Assembly: GCA_048938855.1 (NCBI GenBank)
Contig: JBHLLT010000003.1
Span: 96,001 to 160,000, forward strand
Origin: Promethearchaeota archaeon
GTDB lineage: Archaea > Asgardarchaeota > Lokiarchaeia > Sigyniarchaeales > SOKP01
Direction of reading: 5' to 3'
DNA: 64,000 bases
The translations under genes were made by a program, and so were the position numbers. A model generated the notes under the pieces. It did no database searches. It was not told the origin of the DNA and saw only the letters and a program-made list of their open reading frames with translations. Shown piece by piece: positions 19,398-29,012 of the stretch (position 1 is the first letter of the stretch; each line of letters starts with the position of its first letter).

Positions 19398-20210
19398 TCA
19401 TTCTCTTACAAGATTATATTTTCTACCATATTTCTTAAAAAACTTAGTTCCCCCTCCTTCTTGTAAGATTTTGATTGTAGCTTCTGAATTAAAAATCTCC
19501 ATACCTCCAACAACATCTATTCCATAATCAAAAAGGATATCAGGAATCATACTAGCAGTAGGACCAATTAAAATAATTTTTCGAGCTCTTCTCTTAAAAA
19601 ATTCCAAGATAGACTCAAGTGTATTATTTATTAAAGTAGTTCCGGTACAAAATAATACATCAGTATATATATTTTCATCTTTTAATTGAGTTATATCATG
19701 CATTAAATTGAATTCATTAAACTCTGTAGAGATTATCGGTGCTTCTTCAATTATTGTTATCTTTTTAGTTATTTTACTAATTTTACGTATCATTGGTTTT
19801 ATCAGGCCAATAAATGTTATTGATGTGTTGTTATTTATTTCTAAGTATTTGGCTAGGTCTTCCTTTAGATTTTTATAGGGATTCAATATACGTAAAATAT
19901 GTTGAGATACTCCATTTAAAGTTGCAATACCTATGATTTTTTTAATGCTAGGAGCTCCAACTGACCAGTTTAGAAGCTCGCTAAGTTTCATATCAGTAAG
20001 ATTACCTGCAAAATCAATTTTAGAACAATCTGCAGAATTAATAATATTATGGTAGGTTGATGCTAATCCCAAAAATGGTTCATAAGCATAACCAGTAACT
20101 TCTACACCGGTATATCCTAATCCAATAACTACTTTTGTAGCTTTAGGAGGTACAATCTTATGGATCTTATAAATCTGCTTGACCAAGTCGACAGTTTTCT
20201 CTAAAATCAT
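19398..20210 (-). CDS. DUF364/DUF4213 Rossmann-like protein (putative heavy-metal chelation family)
   Basis: VVIGLGYTGV, IGIATLNG, DVLFCTGTTLINNTLE, IGPTAS, LFDYGIDVVGG. Confidence 0.8.
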   Translation of the reverse strand: MILEKTVDLVKQIYKIHKIVPPKATKVVIGLGYTGVEVTGYAYEPFLGLASTYHNIINSADCSKIDFAGNLTDMKLSELLNWSVGAPSIKKIIGIATLNGVSQHILRILNPYKNLKEDLAKYLEINNNTSITFIGLIKPMIRKISKITKKITIIEEAPIISTEFNEFNLMHDITQLKDENIYTDVLFCTGTTLINNTLESILEFFKRRARKIILIGPTASMIPDILFDYGIDVVGGMEIFNSEATIKILQEGGGTKFFKKYGRKYNLVRE

Positions 20211-20235
20211 ATTATATCTTTAAAGGAGTTTATTA

Positions 20236-20679
20236 TTATATGTCTAATTCATAAATAGTATCACAAAATGGATCCCCTGCTGCCAAAGTTTTAATAATCT
20301 TAAGTTTGACATCATCTCCAACAGCTTCGCGGAAGTATTCATGATCAATGACCATTACTGCCTCACATAATTCCCTTGAAGTATTTTCAAGACCAAATGG
20401 ACATCTTGTGCCACGGATTTGAAACTTTTTATCAGATATCGAAATTATATCTACAAAATTTTGATCAAAACTTTTAGAAAATACTCGAGCAACAGTTGAA
20501 AGGGTATTATTCGGAATTTTCTTTTTAAGTTTAAGGCCTAATGATTTTCCTTGTCTTTTACAAATATCTTTAATTATTGGTAGTGCTTCCTTTCCAAATT
20601 TCTCATAGATAGCTTTGATCAATAAGCCTTGAGCTTCAATTGGACTTGAAGGTAATTTTTCAGTATTGTTTTGACTCAT
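20236..20679 (-). CDS. L-2-amino-thiazoline-4-carboxylate hydrolase-like / V4R-like small ligand-binding protein
   Basis: TRCPFG, LCE..D and TLAAGDPFCD Cys pattern. Confidence 0.65.
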   Translation of the reverse strand: MSQNNTEKLPSSPIEAQGLLIKAIYEKFGKEALPIIKDICKRQGKSLGLKLKKKIPNNTLSTVARVFSKSFDQNFVDIISISDKKFQIRGTRCPFGLENTSRELCEAVMVIDHEYFREAVGDDVKLKIIKTLAAGDPFCDTIYELDI

Positions 20680-20841
20680 ATTCTAAAAATTATTTATTCC
20701 TAATTATAGAATTAATATTAATCATAGAATAATTAACTACTTACTTCAATTTTCAAAGTCTATATGCTTTTATCCTAAGACTTCTTATTATATATACGAT
20801 TTTATTTATATTAAAATTAGCAAATTCCGGAGTCTTTTAAG

Positions 20842-21225
20842 ATGGAATATATTATCATTGAAAATGAAAAAATTGGACAAGTGAAAGCTAAATTACTGTT
20901 GGATAAAAATCCTAAAACATGTCAAGCTATCTGGGATGCGCTTCCCTTTAAAGTTGAGTTATCAAGATGGGGAGAAGAACTATATGGTGATTGTCCTACT
21001 TCAATTCCCGCAGAAAATTCTCAAATTGAATGTGATATTGGAGATGTTGGTTATTGGATTAGTGGGCAAGGATTCTGTATTTTCTGGGGACCAACTCCTG
21101 CGAGTTCTGGAGACAAACCAGTAGCTGCAAGTCCGGTAAATATTTTTGCGAGAATTGAGGGAGATGCAAAAGCAATATTTAATAAATTTTCCTCATTTCA
21201 AGGAAAAATAAGCAAAGGTGAATAA
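20842..21225 (+). CDS. Cyclophilin-like fold protein (TM1367/DUF369 family)
   Basis: PKTCQAIWDALP, RWGEELY, GDVGYW...FCIFWGPTPAS, ASPVN. Confidence 0.85.
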   Translation: MEYIIIENEKIGQVKAKLLLDKNPKTCQAIWDALPFKVELSRWGEELYGDCPTSIPAENSQIECDIGDVGYWISGQGFCIFWGPTPASSGDKPVAASPVNIFARIEGDAKAIFNKFSSFQGKISKGE

Positions 21226-21282
21226 TCACCTAAAAACTACTTTGTATTGTGATTTCATAGAGGTATTACTGGAGATATGACA

Positions 21283-21304
21283 TCGTGAAAGATGGATTTC
21301 ACGA
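21283..21304. terminator. 8-bp hairpin between convergent genes (possible terminator or stability element)
   Basis: TCGTGAAA-gatgga-TTTCACGA is a perfect inverted repeat in the gap between convergent stop codons. Confidence 0.35.
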
Positions 21305-21308
21305 AGAT

Positions 21309-21659
21309 CTAGATTTGTGATAAAGTGGTTCTAAAGTTATCCTCAAGAATCTCACATATCTTTAATAATCCATCAATAGATTCTAAAAATCTCTTTTTCA
21401 CTTTTTCAATTTTTTCAAGTTTTATTAATGAACTCTTTTCACGGATCAATTTCTCTTTTTCAAGTAAATCATTATATTTATTAGGTATTGATTCAACAGT
21501 GGATTTAATTTCGGCAATATCTAGTCGACCATTCTCTAAAGCTAAGAGCCAATGTTTATTGTTTAGCCCTGTTCTTTTGGATATTAATTTTTCTAGCTCG
21601 TCACTAAGTTCCTCTAATTGCCTTATTTTTAACTTAAACGGTTCAAATTGCTTCGACAT
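21309..21659 (-). CDS. Hypothetical helical/coiled-coil protein
   Basis: 116-aa ORF rich in Lys, Glu and Leu; ATG 21 bp downstream of the CMD gene. Confidence 0.65.
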   Translation of the reverse strand: MSKQFEPFKLKIRQLEELSDELEKLISKRTGLNNKHWLLALENGRLDIAEIKSTVESIPNKYNDLLEKEKLIREKSSLIKLEKIEKVKKRFLESIDGLLKICEILEDNFRTTLSQI

Positions 21660-21680
21660 ATTAAATTACTATTTTTAATA

Positions 21681-22019
21681 CTAATTTATAATTTTTAATC
21701 GCTTTAGAATTTTAAACGAATATCTTACATATGGATAACTTACCGAACCACTAGCCATCATTCCCATTTTGATTGCTTCAATAATTTCTTTTTTATTTGA
21801 ATTAGCATTTAAACACTCTTTAATATGATATTCTATACATTCTTTACATTTAGAGACAATTGAAACGGCAACCATAGTCAACTCCTTATATTTCTTCGGA
21901 ATATTTCCATCTGCAAAAGCATCATCATCAAGGTTACCAAAATCTTGGAAAAATTTATCTGAATTTTTCATTAAATCCATTAAATATTTTCTTTCTATAT
22001 CAAACTCATTTTTCTCCAT
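21681..22019 (-). CDS. Carboxymuconolactone decarboxylase / AhpD-like protein
   Basis: IPKKYKELTMVAVS...CKECIEYH...EIIEAI; GGAG ribosome-binding site. Confidence 0.88.
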   Translation of the reverse strand: MEKNEFDIERKYLMDLMKNSDKFFQDFGNLDDDAFADGNIPKKYKELTMVAVSIVSKCKECIEYHIKECLNANSNKKEIIEAIKMGMMASGSVSYPYVRYSFKILKRLKIIN

Positions 22020-22126
22020 AATTTACTACTCCTTTAAAAGTCCTTTATTTAAAACTTCAAATTTTGGATATTAATTTCTTAATTATTATGAAAGTTTTAT
22101 CTGTATTCAAAATTATTATATTAATT

Positions 22127-22215
22127 AGATGTTCGAAAATGATGATTAATGTGGTTTGAGTAATAATACCCCTTTTTACAATGATAATGGAGCAGAGATC
22201 TGATTTCGAGCATCT
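22127..22215 (+). ncRNA. Box C/D guide sRNA (snoRNA-like)
   Basis: Box C ATGATGA 22139-22145 and box D CTGA 22200-22203, directly closed by a 12-bp stem (AGATGTTCGAAA 22127-22138 / TTTCGAGCATCT 22204-22215, one G-U pair). Internal D' TTGA 22156-22159 and C' ATGATAA 22181-22187. Lies in an ORF-free 253-bp gap. Confidence 0.8.
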
Positions 22216-22272
22216 TAAAATAAGTTTTCAATATTTTATTAACCCGTTAATATGTGATATTTCAAGAGTAAA

Positions 22273-22821
22273 ATGAATTATAGGGAAGCTACTATATCAG
22301 ATTTAAAGGGAATAGTTAAAGTCCAAATAGATACTTGGAAAACAACATATAAAGGGATAATATCAGAAGATTATCTTCAAGGACTATCGCGTAAAGATAA
22401 AGAACAAAATTGGAGAGAGCGATTTGAAAATCCCACTCATGGAGCAAAAATTTATGTTGCTGAAACAGAACAGTATAAAATTGTTGGTTTTGCTTTAGCA
22501 ACTCTTGAAAAAAATAATCCTCTCATAATTTTAATCCAACCTGAGAGATATATAGGGGAATTATGCGCAATATATGTTTTAAAAGAATTTCAAGATAAAA
22601 AAATCGGAACGCAATTAATTAAGTTAGTAACTAAATATTTTCTTAAGAATAAAATAAAGAGTATGATTGTTTGGGTATTAAAAGAAAATCCTTACTATCG
22701 ATTTTATGAAAAAATGGGAGGGCAATATGTAGGGGAGCAATCTATCGAAATTGGAGGAAAAAAATATATTGAAAAAGCATACGGATGGGAGGATATAATC
22801 CCTATTCTTTCAAACCAATAA
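22273..22821 (+). CDS. GNAT family N-acetyltransferase
   Basis: WKTTYKGII, ELCAIYVLKEFQDKKIGTQL, VWVLKENP..RFYEKMGG. Confidence 0.9.
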   Translation: MNYREATISDLKGIVKVQIDTWKTTYKGIISEDYLQGLSRKDKEQNWRERFENPTHGAKIYVAETEQYKIVGFALATLEKNNPLIILIQPERYIGELCAIYVLKEFQDKKIGTQLIKLVTKYFLKNKIKSMIVWVLKENPYYRFYEKMGGQYVGEQSIEIGGKKYIEKAYGWEDIIPILSNQ

Positions 22822-22945
22822 AAATTTTTGCAAATATTACAAAAAATAGCTCTATAGTGTGAAAATTTATATACAACTAAGGAGATATTTAGGATAATAT
22901 TTCATCTATATAATAATAAACAAAATTAAGACAGGTAAAAGAGTT

Positions 22946-23908
22946 ATGGAAATTCAATATGGCAAAATGATTTTACATGGAATTCTTTCTGCAATATTTT
23001 ATCTTGTTGTCCCTCTTGTTTTATTTTATTTTCTTGAGTTGTACGGTATAATGACTTTTTCTGATGCCTATAGGATAGGTATTATTGTTTTTGGGATTAT
23101 TGGTGTGGTAATCTCTATTTTAAGACATGCATTTCCCCAAGATACACCAGCAAATCGTTTTATCAGATTTGGAATAACAGTTTATTCTGGAATTTTTCTT
23201 TTCTACATTTTTGGAGGTTTTGAACCGGGAAGGAAACTCGGAACTTATTTTATAGATATCACATATTTACAAGTTTATTTAGGTTTGCAAGTAATAGCTT
23301 GGTTGTTATTAGGTTCAACGATAATTAGAGGTCTACGATATCTAGTAGAGGGTATTGAATTGCATAAAAAGAAGGAATACCGATTAACAGTAAAGAAAGG
23401 TTTTAAAGTCAGTTCAATCTTTAAAGTCTTAGGAATAATTGCAAGCCTAGTTGTAGTAGGGTATTTTGGAAGCATAGTTTTTAGTGGATTAAATCTAAGA
23501 GTAAATCTTCATGGTAGCTTTCCCCCTCCTGTTCATGATGATGGAGGAACTCCTGGAGTTTATGGAGATGATTCCTTTATTATCACAGTTCCATTCGATG
23601 TTACTAACAATGGTTTATATGCTATTTACAATGTAATTTTAAATGCTGAAATTCAAGTGACAACAAGTAGTAATTCTACTTTACTTCCATTTGATACAAT
23701 AATAGGAAGTTCCCCAGTGCCGTATCAAAATACTTTTCATGCATTTACACAGACTTTAAATCAAGAAATTAATGTAAGTATTGATACAGCATATATAGAA
23801 GGATTATTAACCGAGACTGCTAACTTATTATTTAAAATTACCTTTTCCACGCTATATGCATTAATCTTTATTAATATGACTGTTTCATTACCAATTTCTT
23901 GGCCTTAA
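22946..23908 (+). CDS. Hypothetical membrane protein with C-terminal beta-rich (LEA2/Ig-like) domain
   Basis: About 5 TM helices, followed by a beta-strand-rich region (ITVPFDVTNNGLYAIYNVIL). Confidence 0.65.
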   Translation: MEIQYGKMILHGILSAIFYLVVPLVLFYFLELYGIMTFSDAYRIGIIVFGIIGVVISILRHAFPQDTPANRFIRFGITVYSGIFLFYIFGGFEPGRKLGTYFIDITYLQVYLGLQVIAWLLLGSTIIRGLRYLVEGIELHKKKEYRLTVKKGFKVSSIFKVLGIIASLVVVGYFGSIVFSGLNLRVNLHGSFPPPVHDDGGTPGVYGDDSFIITVPFDVTNNGLYAIYNVILNAEIQVTTSSNSTLLPFDTIIGSSPVPYQNTFHAFTQTLNQEINVSIDTAYIEGLLTETANLLFKITFSTLYALIFINMTVSLPISWP

Positions 23909-24018
23909 ACAAACCTATTTTTTTAATTTTTCTTTTTCTTTTTTCAATTTTCACAACTTGACTAAATCTTCTTTATTTTCTGAAAAAAATCTTAAGTGAA
24001 TAAATTTTATAATTTCAT

Positions 24019-24843
24019 ATGAAAAATTCTAAAACTATAAAACAGTATGCGAAACATCAGTATAAGACAAATGAAAATTTGGAAAAAAGGATAAATCTAT
24101 GGTCATTTGGCACTAACCCCGAATCTCTGGCTGAGTGGATTTTTAGTAAGATTAAACTTAAAGAATATGAGCATATATTAGAGCTTGGATGTGGAACAGG
24201 GCAATTATGGCTTGAGGATGTTAAAAATATTCCTTCAACTTGTTCTATAGTATTATCAGATTTCTCAAAAAATATGCTAAATACTGCAAAAAAAAACTTA
24301 ACCAAGTTAAAACTCCCAATTGAATTCAAACTTATTGACGCAGAGAATATTCCTTATCCAAATCAGAGTTTTGATGTGATTTTGGCGTGTCATATGTTAT
24401 ATCACATTCCAAATTTCGAGAAGGCTTTAACGGAAATAAATCGTGTAATAAAGCATAATGGTAGATTCATTGCAACCACAGTTAGCAGAAATCATATTAA
24501 AGAACTTACAGATTTTCTATCTCAGTTCGATTTAGACATTGAAATAAAGAACGAATATTTTAATGAATTTAGAAATGAAACTGGGAAAGAATTGTTAGAA
24601 CCTTTTTTCAATGAAATTGAGTTATTTGAGTATATTAATCCTGTAATTATTTCCTCTGTAGAGCCTTTAATGAAATATATTGAATCAATGTTTCAAAAAG
24701 ATTATTACCCTAATTTTCATGAAATTAAGCCTGACATCGAAATGGAACTCATAAAAATAATCAAAAAAGGTTCAGTTTTCAAAATGAAAGGGATCTCTGG
24801 ATTATTCCAAGCAAAAAACCCAAAAATACTGAAATCTCTCTAA
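24019..24843 (+). CDS. Class I SAM-dependent methyltransferase
   Basis: ILELGCGTG, LSDFS, FDVILACHMLYHIP. Confidence 0.9.
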   Translation: MKNSKTIKQYAKHQYKTNENLEKRINLWSFGTNPESLAEWIFSKIKLKEYEHILELGCGTGQLWLEDVKNIPSTCSIVLSDFSKNMLNTAKKNLTKLKLPIEFKLIDAENIPYPNQSFDVILACHMLYHIPNFEKALTEINRVIKHNGRFIATTVSRNHIKELTDFLSQFDLDIEIKNEYFNEFRNETGKELLEPFFNEIELFEYINPVIISSVEPLMKYIESMFQKDYYPNFHEIKPDIEMELIKIIKKGSVFKMKGISGLFQAKNPKILKSL

Positions 24844-25652
24844 ATTTTCTTATAAGCTTTAATTGAGAACATCATAGGAACTGTGAAGTTGAAATTTTCG
24901 AATTCCCAATAGCCATCTTCTCTTTTTTTCATATCTGGGTGAATTCCAAAAAACGTGTACGGAAATTCATGAAGAAATTCAATTTCCAAATTTACGCCTA
25001 ATAAGCTATTAATTATTTCGCTTATAGGATGGTCCCATTGAAAAGATCCCTGATTTTTAAGTTCCGCATTAGGATCTGCATATGCACCTCCTTCATCAAA
25101 ATAGACTGGATTTCCCTCAGAAAAGTAATTAAATCCTACTTTAAAAGGCTTTTGATTCTCATCGATTATAAAACCAAAAGGATGACCATCAATTATATAG
25201 AAAACACCATTAAATTTTAAGCAATTGCTAATAATTTCAGCCCATTTCTCTAAATCGGGTAACCAGCAAATAGTACCATAAGATGTAAAAACAATATCAA
25301 ATTTTTCATTTAAAATATCTGGAATGTCATAGATATTTGCATTGATGAATCTCGCAGTGATACTAAGCTCTTTACTTAATGTTTTTGCTAAATTAATTGC
25401 TTTATCTGAAAAATCTACACCAGTTACTTTAGCACCTAATCTCGCCCAAGAGAGTGTATCCATTCCAAAATGACATTGGAGATGTAAAAGTGACTTACCC
25501 GACACATCTCCTAATTCTTCAAGCTCTATAGGAAATAAGGATGTTTTTCCCGATTTAAAGCCCTCTAAATCATATGATCTTGACTTAGCATTTATATCTA
25601 CTAACTCATTCCATCTTTTTAGATTTGTTTCAAAATATTTATCGTTATTCAA
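24840..25652 (-). CDS. Class I SAM-dependent methyltransferase
   Basis: LLHLQCHFGMDTLS, GVDFS, FDIVFTSYG..CWLPDL. TTG 25652 follows GGTGA at 25658-25662. Confidence 0.88.
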   Translation of the reverse strand: MNNDKYFETNLKRWNELVDINAKSRSYDLEGFKSGKTSLFPIELEELGDVSGKSLLHLQCHFGMDTLSWARLGAKVTGVDFSDKAINLAKTLSKELSITARFINANIYDIPDILNEKFDIVFTSYGTICWLPDLEKWAEIISNCLKFNGVFYIIDGHPFGFIIDENQKPFKVGFNYFSEGNPVYFDEGGAYADPNAELKNQGSFQWDHPISEIINSLLGVNLEIEFLHEFPYTFFGIHPDMKKREDGYWEFENFNFTVPMMFSIKAYKKI

Positions 25653-25705
25653 GAATATCACCAACAATATTTTAAATTTAGAACTATTTTCATTAAAAAA
25701 TTGAT

Positions 25706-26140
25706 CTATTTGAATTTATGCATAATTCTGTAAAGCTCTTCTTTATCTTTTGCATTACCAACGATAACGCAATTATCTATCAGAAGATTTTTACAATTTA
25801 ATGAACTATTTTTTCCAATGATGCAATTATCCAATTTCATATTTTCACTAATAATACAATTATCATAAATAATCGAGTTTGAAATTTCTACATAATCATT
25901 TATTTCAACATTTTTTCCAACATATGTATTTGGTCCTAAGAGTACATCGTCTCCGATTTTTACATTGTCTTCGAGATATACAGGTTCTATAAATGTAGGA
26001 TAATCGCCAATATAAGTATCGATTTTACTATGAGTTAATTGAGTTTTTATAAAATTATTCAATAAATCTTGGAGCCGAATTTTGGAATTCAACTCCAAAT
26101 TATCTACAATTTTTTCAATTTCTTTTAACTCTTTTTTCAT
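25706..26140 (-). CDS. Left-handed beta-helix (hexapeptide repeat) protein resembling the C-terminal domain of NDP-sugar pyrophosphorylases
   Basis: PVYLEDNVKIGDDVLLGPNTYVGKNVEI..ISNSIIYDNCII repeats; no nucleotidyltransferase domain. Confidence 0.75.
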   Translation of the reverse strand: MKKELKEIEKIVDNLELNSKIRLQDLLNNFIKTQLTHSKIDTYIGDYPTFIEPVYLEDNVKIGDDVLLGPNTYVGKNVEINDYVEISNSIIYDNCIISENMKLDNCIIGKNSSLNCKNLLIDNCVIVGNAKDKEELYRIMHKFK

Positions 26141-26160
26141 TGTTCTTACGCCTAAAATTT

Positions 26161-26877
26161 CTATAATTCTAAAATTTCAATTAATTGATCAATGTTTCTT
26201 CCATCTTTAGCGCTAGTAGTTATTACTTCTATGTTTGGATTAAATTTCTTAGCATCTTTTATCATTTTATCTATATTCGTTCCCAACCTTTCTAAAAGAT
26301 CAATTTTATTTATTATAGCAATATCAGACATCTTAAAAAGCATGGGATGTTTCTCAATTACCCATTCTCCTTCGGTAATCGAAACGACAGTCAATCTTTT
26401 ATCTGTTCCAAGTTTAAAATCAGAAGGACAAATTAAATTACCAACATTTTCTATAAAAATTAAATTATAATCACTTAAATCTTGATTTTTCAGAACTTGA
26501 TGGATATGATATGCATTTAAAGCACATTCTCGCCCCGTGTTAATCTGAACTGTTTTAACATTATTCTTTTCAATTCGATCAGCATCAACTCGAGTAGTTA
26601 TATCACCACAAATAACTAATATCTTATATTTCTTTGATAATTTTTCAGTTAATCTTTCTAAAAGAGCAGTTTTACCTGCTCCAATGGCGCCTACAATGTC
26701 TATAGATTTTATCCCATTGTTATTAAGCTTACTATTTATTTGATTAGCTAGGAAATCATTATCCTTTTCAACTTCTTTCTTTGTTTCTATTACAAAATCT
26801 CTAATTTCCTCTCTTGCTAGATTAATACTCTCAAGTTCTTTAATCCTTTGAATATCTTGCTTTTTTTTATCTGACAT
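26161..26877 (-). CDS. hypB: Hydrogenase nickel-incorporation GTPase HypB
   Basis: GAIGAGKTALLE, GDI...DADRI, QINTG, ENVGNLICP, VSITEG, KHP, INKIDL, TSAK. Confidence 0.88.
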   Translation of the reverse strand: MSDKKKQDIQRIKELESINLAREEIRDFVIETKKEVEKDNDFLANQINSKLNNNGIKSIDIVGAIGAGKTALLERLTEKLSKKYKILVICGDITTRVDADRIEKNNVKTVQINTGRECALNAYHIHQVLKNQDLSDYNLIFIENVGNLICPSDFKLGTDKRLTVVSITEGEWVIEKHPMLFKMSDIAIINKIDLLERLGTNIDKMIKDAKKFNPNIEVITTSAKDGRNIDQLIEILEL

Positions 26878-26943
26878 TTCAATAATAATTTAATAATAAA
26901 GGCTTTAAGAATTACTTTTTTAAATTAAAATTCAAAAAAAAAA

Positions 26944-27786
26944 TTATTTGTTACTATAATTGTAAAATCCTTTTCCAGATTTTACTCCTAATTCTCCTTT
27001 ATCAACCACATCTTTAAGCAAATCAGGTGGTTTATCATCCGGAAGACCGCTATTCTTAAAATATGACATTTCGATATCATAAATTACATCTAATCCAATT
27101 CTATCCATAAATTGAAATGGACCATATTTATTTATGATAAAATATTGACAGAAAATTTGCCAAGCTTTATCTACTGTCTCAATATCGGCATAACCACCTG
27201 CCCAAATTTTTAAACAATCTTTTTTAATTGCTCTCCATATTCTATTAAGAACAAAACCATAACATTCTTTTTTAACCTCAAGAGGCACAATTTCAATACT
27301 CTCTATCCATTTCTTCCCTTTCTGGAACGTTTCCTCACTAGTTTTAGTTCCTCGCATGATATCTGCTAGAGGCATGGTGAAAAGATTGTAAAAATGAATA
27401 TTCAATAATTTATCTTTGCGATCAACAACATCTTCCAATTTTGAAACCGGAATGGAAGAGCTATTAGTAGCTAATATAGCATTTAGAGGTGCTGATTTGT
27501 CAATCTGGGCAAAAATTTCTCTCTTTAATTCAAGCTTCTCTGGAATTGCCTCAATGATAAGATCTGTGTTTTTTACGCTATCAGAGAGAATAGAATAACT
27601 TTTTATTTCTATTTTAATGTTTTTCTCGAGAACTTTCTTTTTGATATTCCTAATAAAATCATCCAATCCTTCCGGATTTGCTTCAAATACATTTATATCA
27701 TATCCGTAAAGAGCAGATTTTTCAATAATTTGTTTTCCCATATACCCTGCTCCAATTACAGAAATTGTTTTAATTTTATCAGCCAT
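26944..27786 (-). CDS. 3-hydroxyacyl-CoA (3-hydroxybutyryl-CoA) dehydrogenase family
   Basis: VIGAGYMG, EAIPEKLELK, ATNSSS, HF, GFVLNR, GPFQFMDRIGLD, GELGVKSGKGFY. Confidence 0.9.
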   Translation of the reverse strand: MADKIKTISVIGAGYMGKQIIEKSALYGYDINVFEANPEGLDDFIRNIKKKVLEKNIKIEIKSYSILSDSVKNTDLIIEAIPEKLELKREIFAQIDKSAPLNAILATNSSSIPVSKLEDVVDRKDKLLNIHFYNLFTMPLADIMRGTKTSEETFQKGKKWIESIEIVPLEVKKECYGFVLNRIWRAIKKDCLKIWAGGYADIETVDKAWQIFCQYFIINKYGPFQFMDRIGLDVIYDIEMSYFKNSGLPDDKPPDLLKDVVDKGELGVKSGKGFYNYSNK

Positions 27787-27854
27787 ATACTCACCTATAA
27801 ATCATATAATTGTACTTTTAATAGAGATTATGTCAATTTTTAATAAAAATCTAT

Positions 27855-28838
27855 TCAATTTTTGCTACGGTTTATAATTTTTTCAAGAACTTTCAAAAAA
27901 TATGTATTTTCTTCAGATGAACCAATAGTTAATCTACAATAATCTGATCCAAATTGATTTGTTACATCATGCACTAAAACTCCTAGTTCTAACAATTTCT
28001 CTGTAATATGACCTATTTTTGTTTTCAACAGTAGAAAATTAGTGCAGCTCGGATAGGAGATAATCTCTAAATCAGATAAATTTCTTCTAATTCTATTTTT
28101 TTCAGATTCAATTTCATTAACATAATCTTCCATGTATTGCTGATTTTTTAAAGCGTTAATGCCAGCAACCACACTTGGATATGGTAACATAATCTCTAGT
28201 CCTTGGAATTTTTTTCTAATATATTCTCCCCCAATTAAATATCCTATCCCTGATCCTGCTAATCCAAAAGATTTACTTAATGTTCTTATAACTGCGAAAT
28301 TAGAATAATTTTTAGTAAGTTTTGCATAACTAACTTTTGAGAATTCAAAATAAGCCTCATCAATTAGTAATATTGCATTTTCATGTTTTAAAATGGTTTT
28401 AATATCATTTTCAGTTAAAATTGTATTACCCGTTGGATTATTTGGATTATCTAAAACTATTAAGGATGGTTTATCCAACTGATCTATTATAGCATCTAAA
28501 TGTATTTTAAAATCTGGCTCATTTAATCTGACTTTTATTAAATAGCTATCAGTACTTTGAGCGGAGTTATTAATAACAATGAATGTTGGTTCTGCAATTA
28601 TAATTTGTCTATTATTCGAAAATAAAAAAATAAACTCTTTTAATAGTAAATCTGAACCAGAACTTAAAAAAATTGATTCTTGTGGAACATTTGCATAGTT
28701 CGATAATTCTTCAGTTAAAATTTCTACCTCTTTTTGAGGAGTATATCTATTTATGAGATTAATTGATTCTATCACAGGTTGTAATACTTCTTTTGGAGGA
28801 AGCTTATACATTTCATTCAAATTTAATCTAATATTCAT
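27855..28838 (-). CDS. Histidinol-phosphate aminotransferase / CobD-like PLP enzyme (fold type I)
   Basis: LNLNE, GSDLL, NPNNPTG, IDEAY, RTLSKSFGLAG, NFLL, RLTIG. Confidence 0.82.
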   Translation of the reverse strand: MNIRLNLNEMYKLPPKEVLQPVIESINLINRYTPQKEVEILTEELSNYANVPQESIFLSSGSDLLLKEFIFLFSNNRQIIIAEPTFIVINNSAQSTDSYLIKVRLNEPDFKIHLDAIIDQLDKPSLIVLDNPNNPTGNTILTENDIKTILKHENAILLIDEAYFEFSKVSYAKLTKNYSNFAVIRTLSKSFGLAGSGIGYLIGGEYIRKKFQGLEIMLPYPSVVAGINALKNQQYMEDYVNEIESEKNRIRRNLSDLEIISYPSCTNFLLLKTKIGHITEKLLELGVLVHDVTNQFGSDYCRLTIGSSEENTYFLKVLEKIINRSKN

Positions 28839-29012
28839 AGGTTTCAGACCAAGGAATTATAATTTCGATTTAATAAGTAAAATTCAATTCAAATTTACTT
28901 AATTAAGATAGAATCGAATATTGAATTAAAAATGTTTTTTTATTAAATTTGTCTTTAATATCTAACTATATTCAAATAAATTTGAGAAGAGAATAAAAGG
29001 GGATTATTTCAG

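Noticed and set aside
21277-21307. SECIS-like ATGA...GA hairpin
   Set aside because: The stem is too short, and the upstream gene has no in-frame TGA and ends in TAA. I found no selenoprotein candidate in the window.
28864-28918. Nested inverted repeats between the HisC-like and ADH genes
   Set aside because: Short and almost entirely A/T; not distinguishable from chance.
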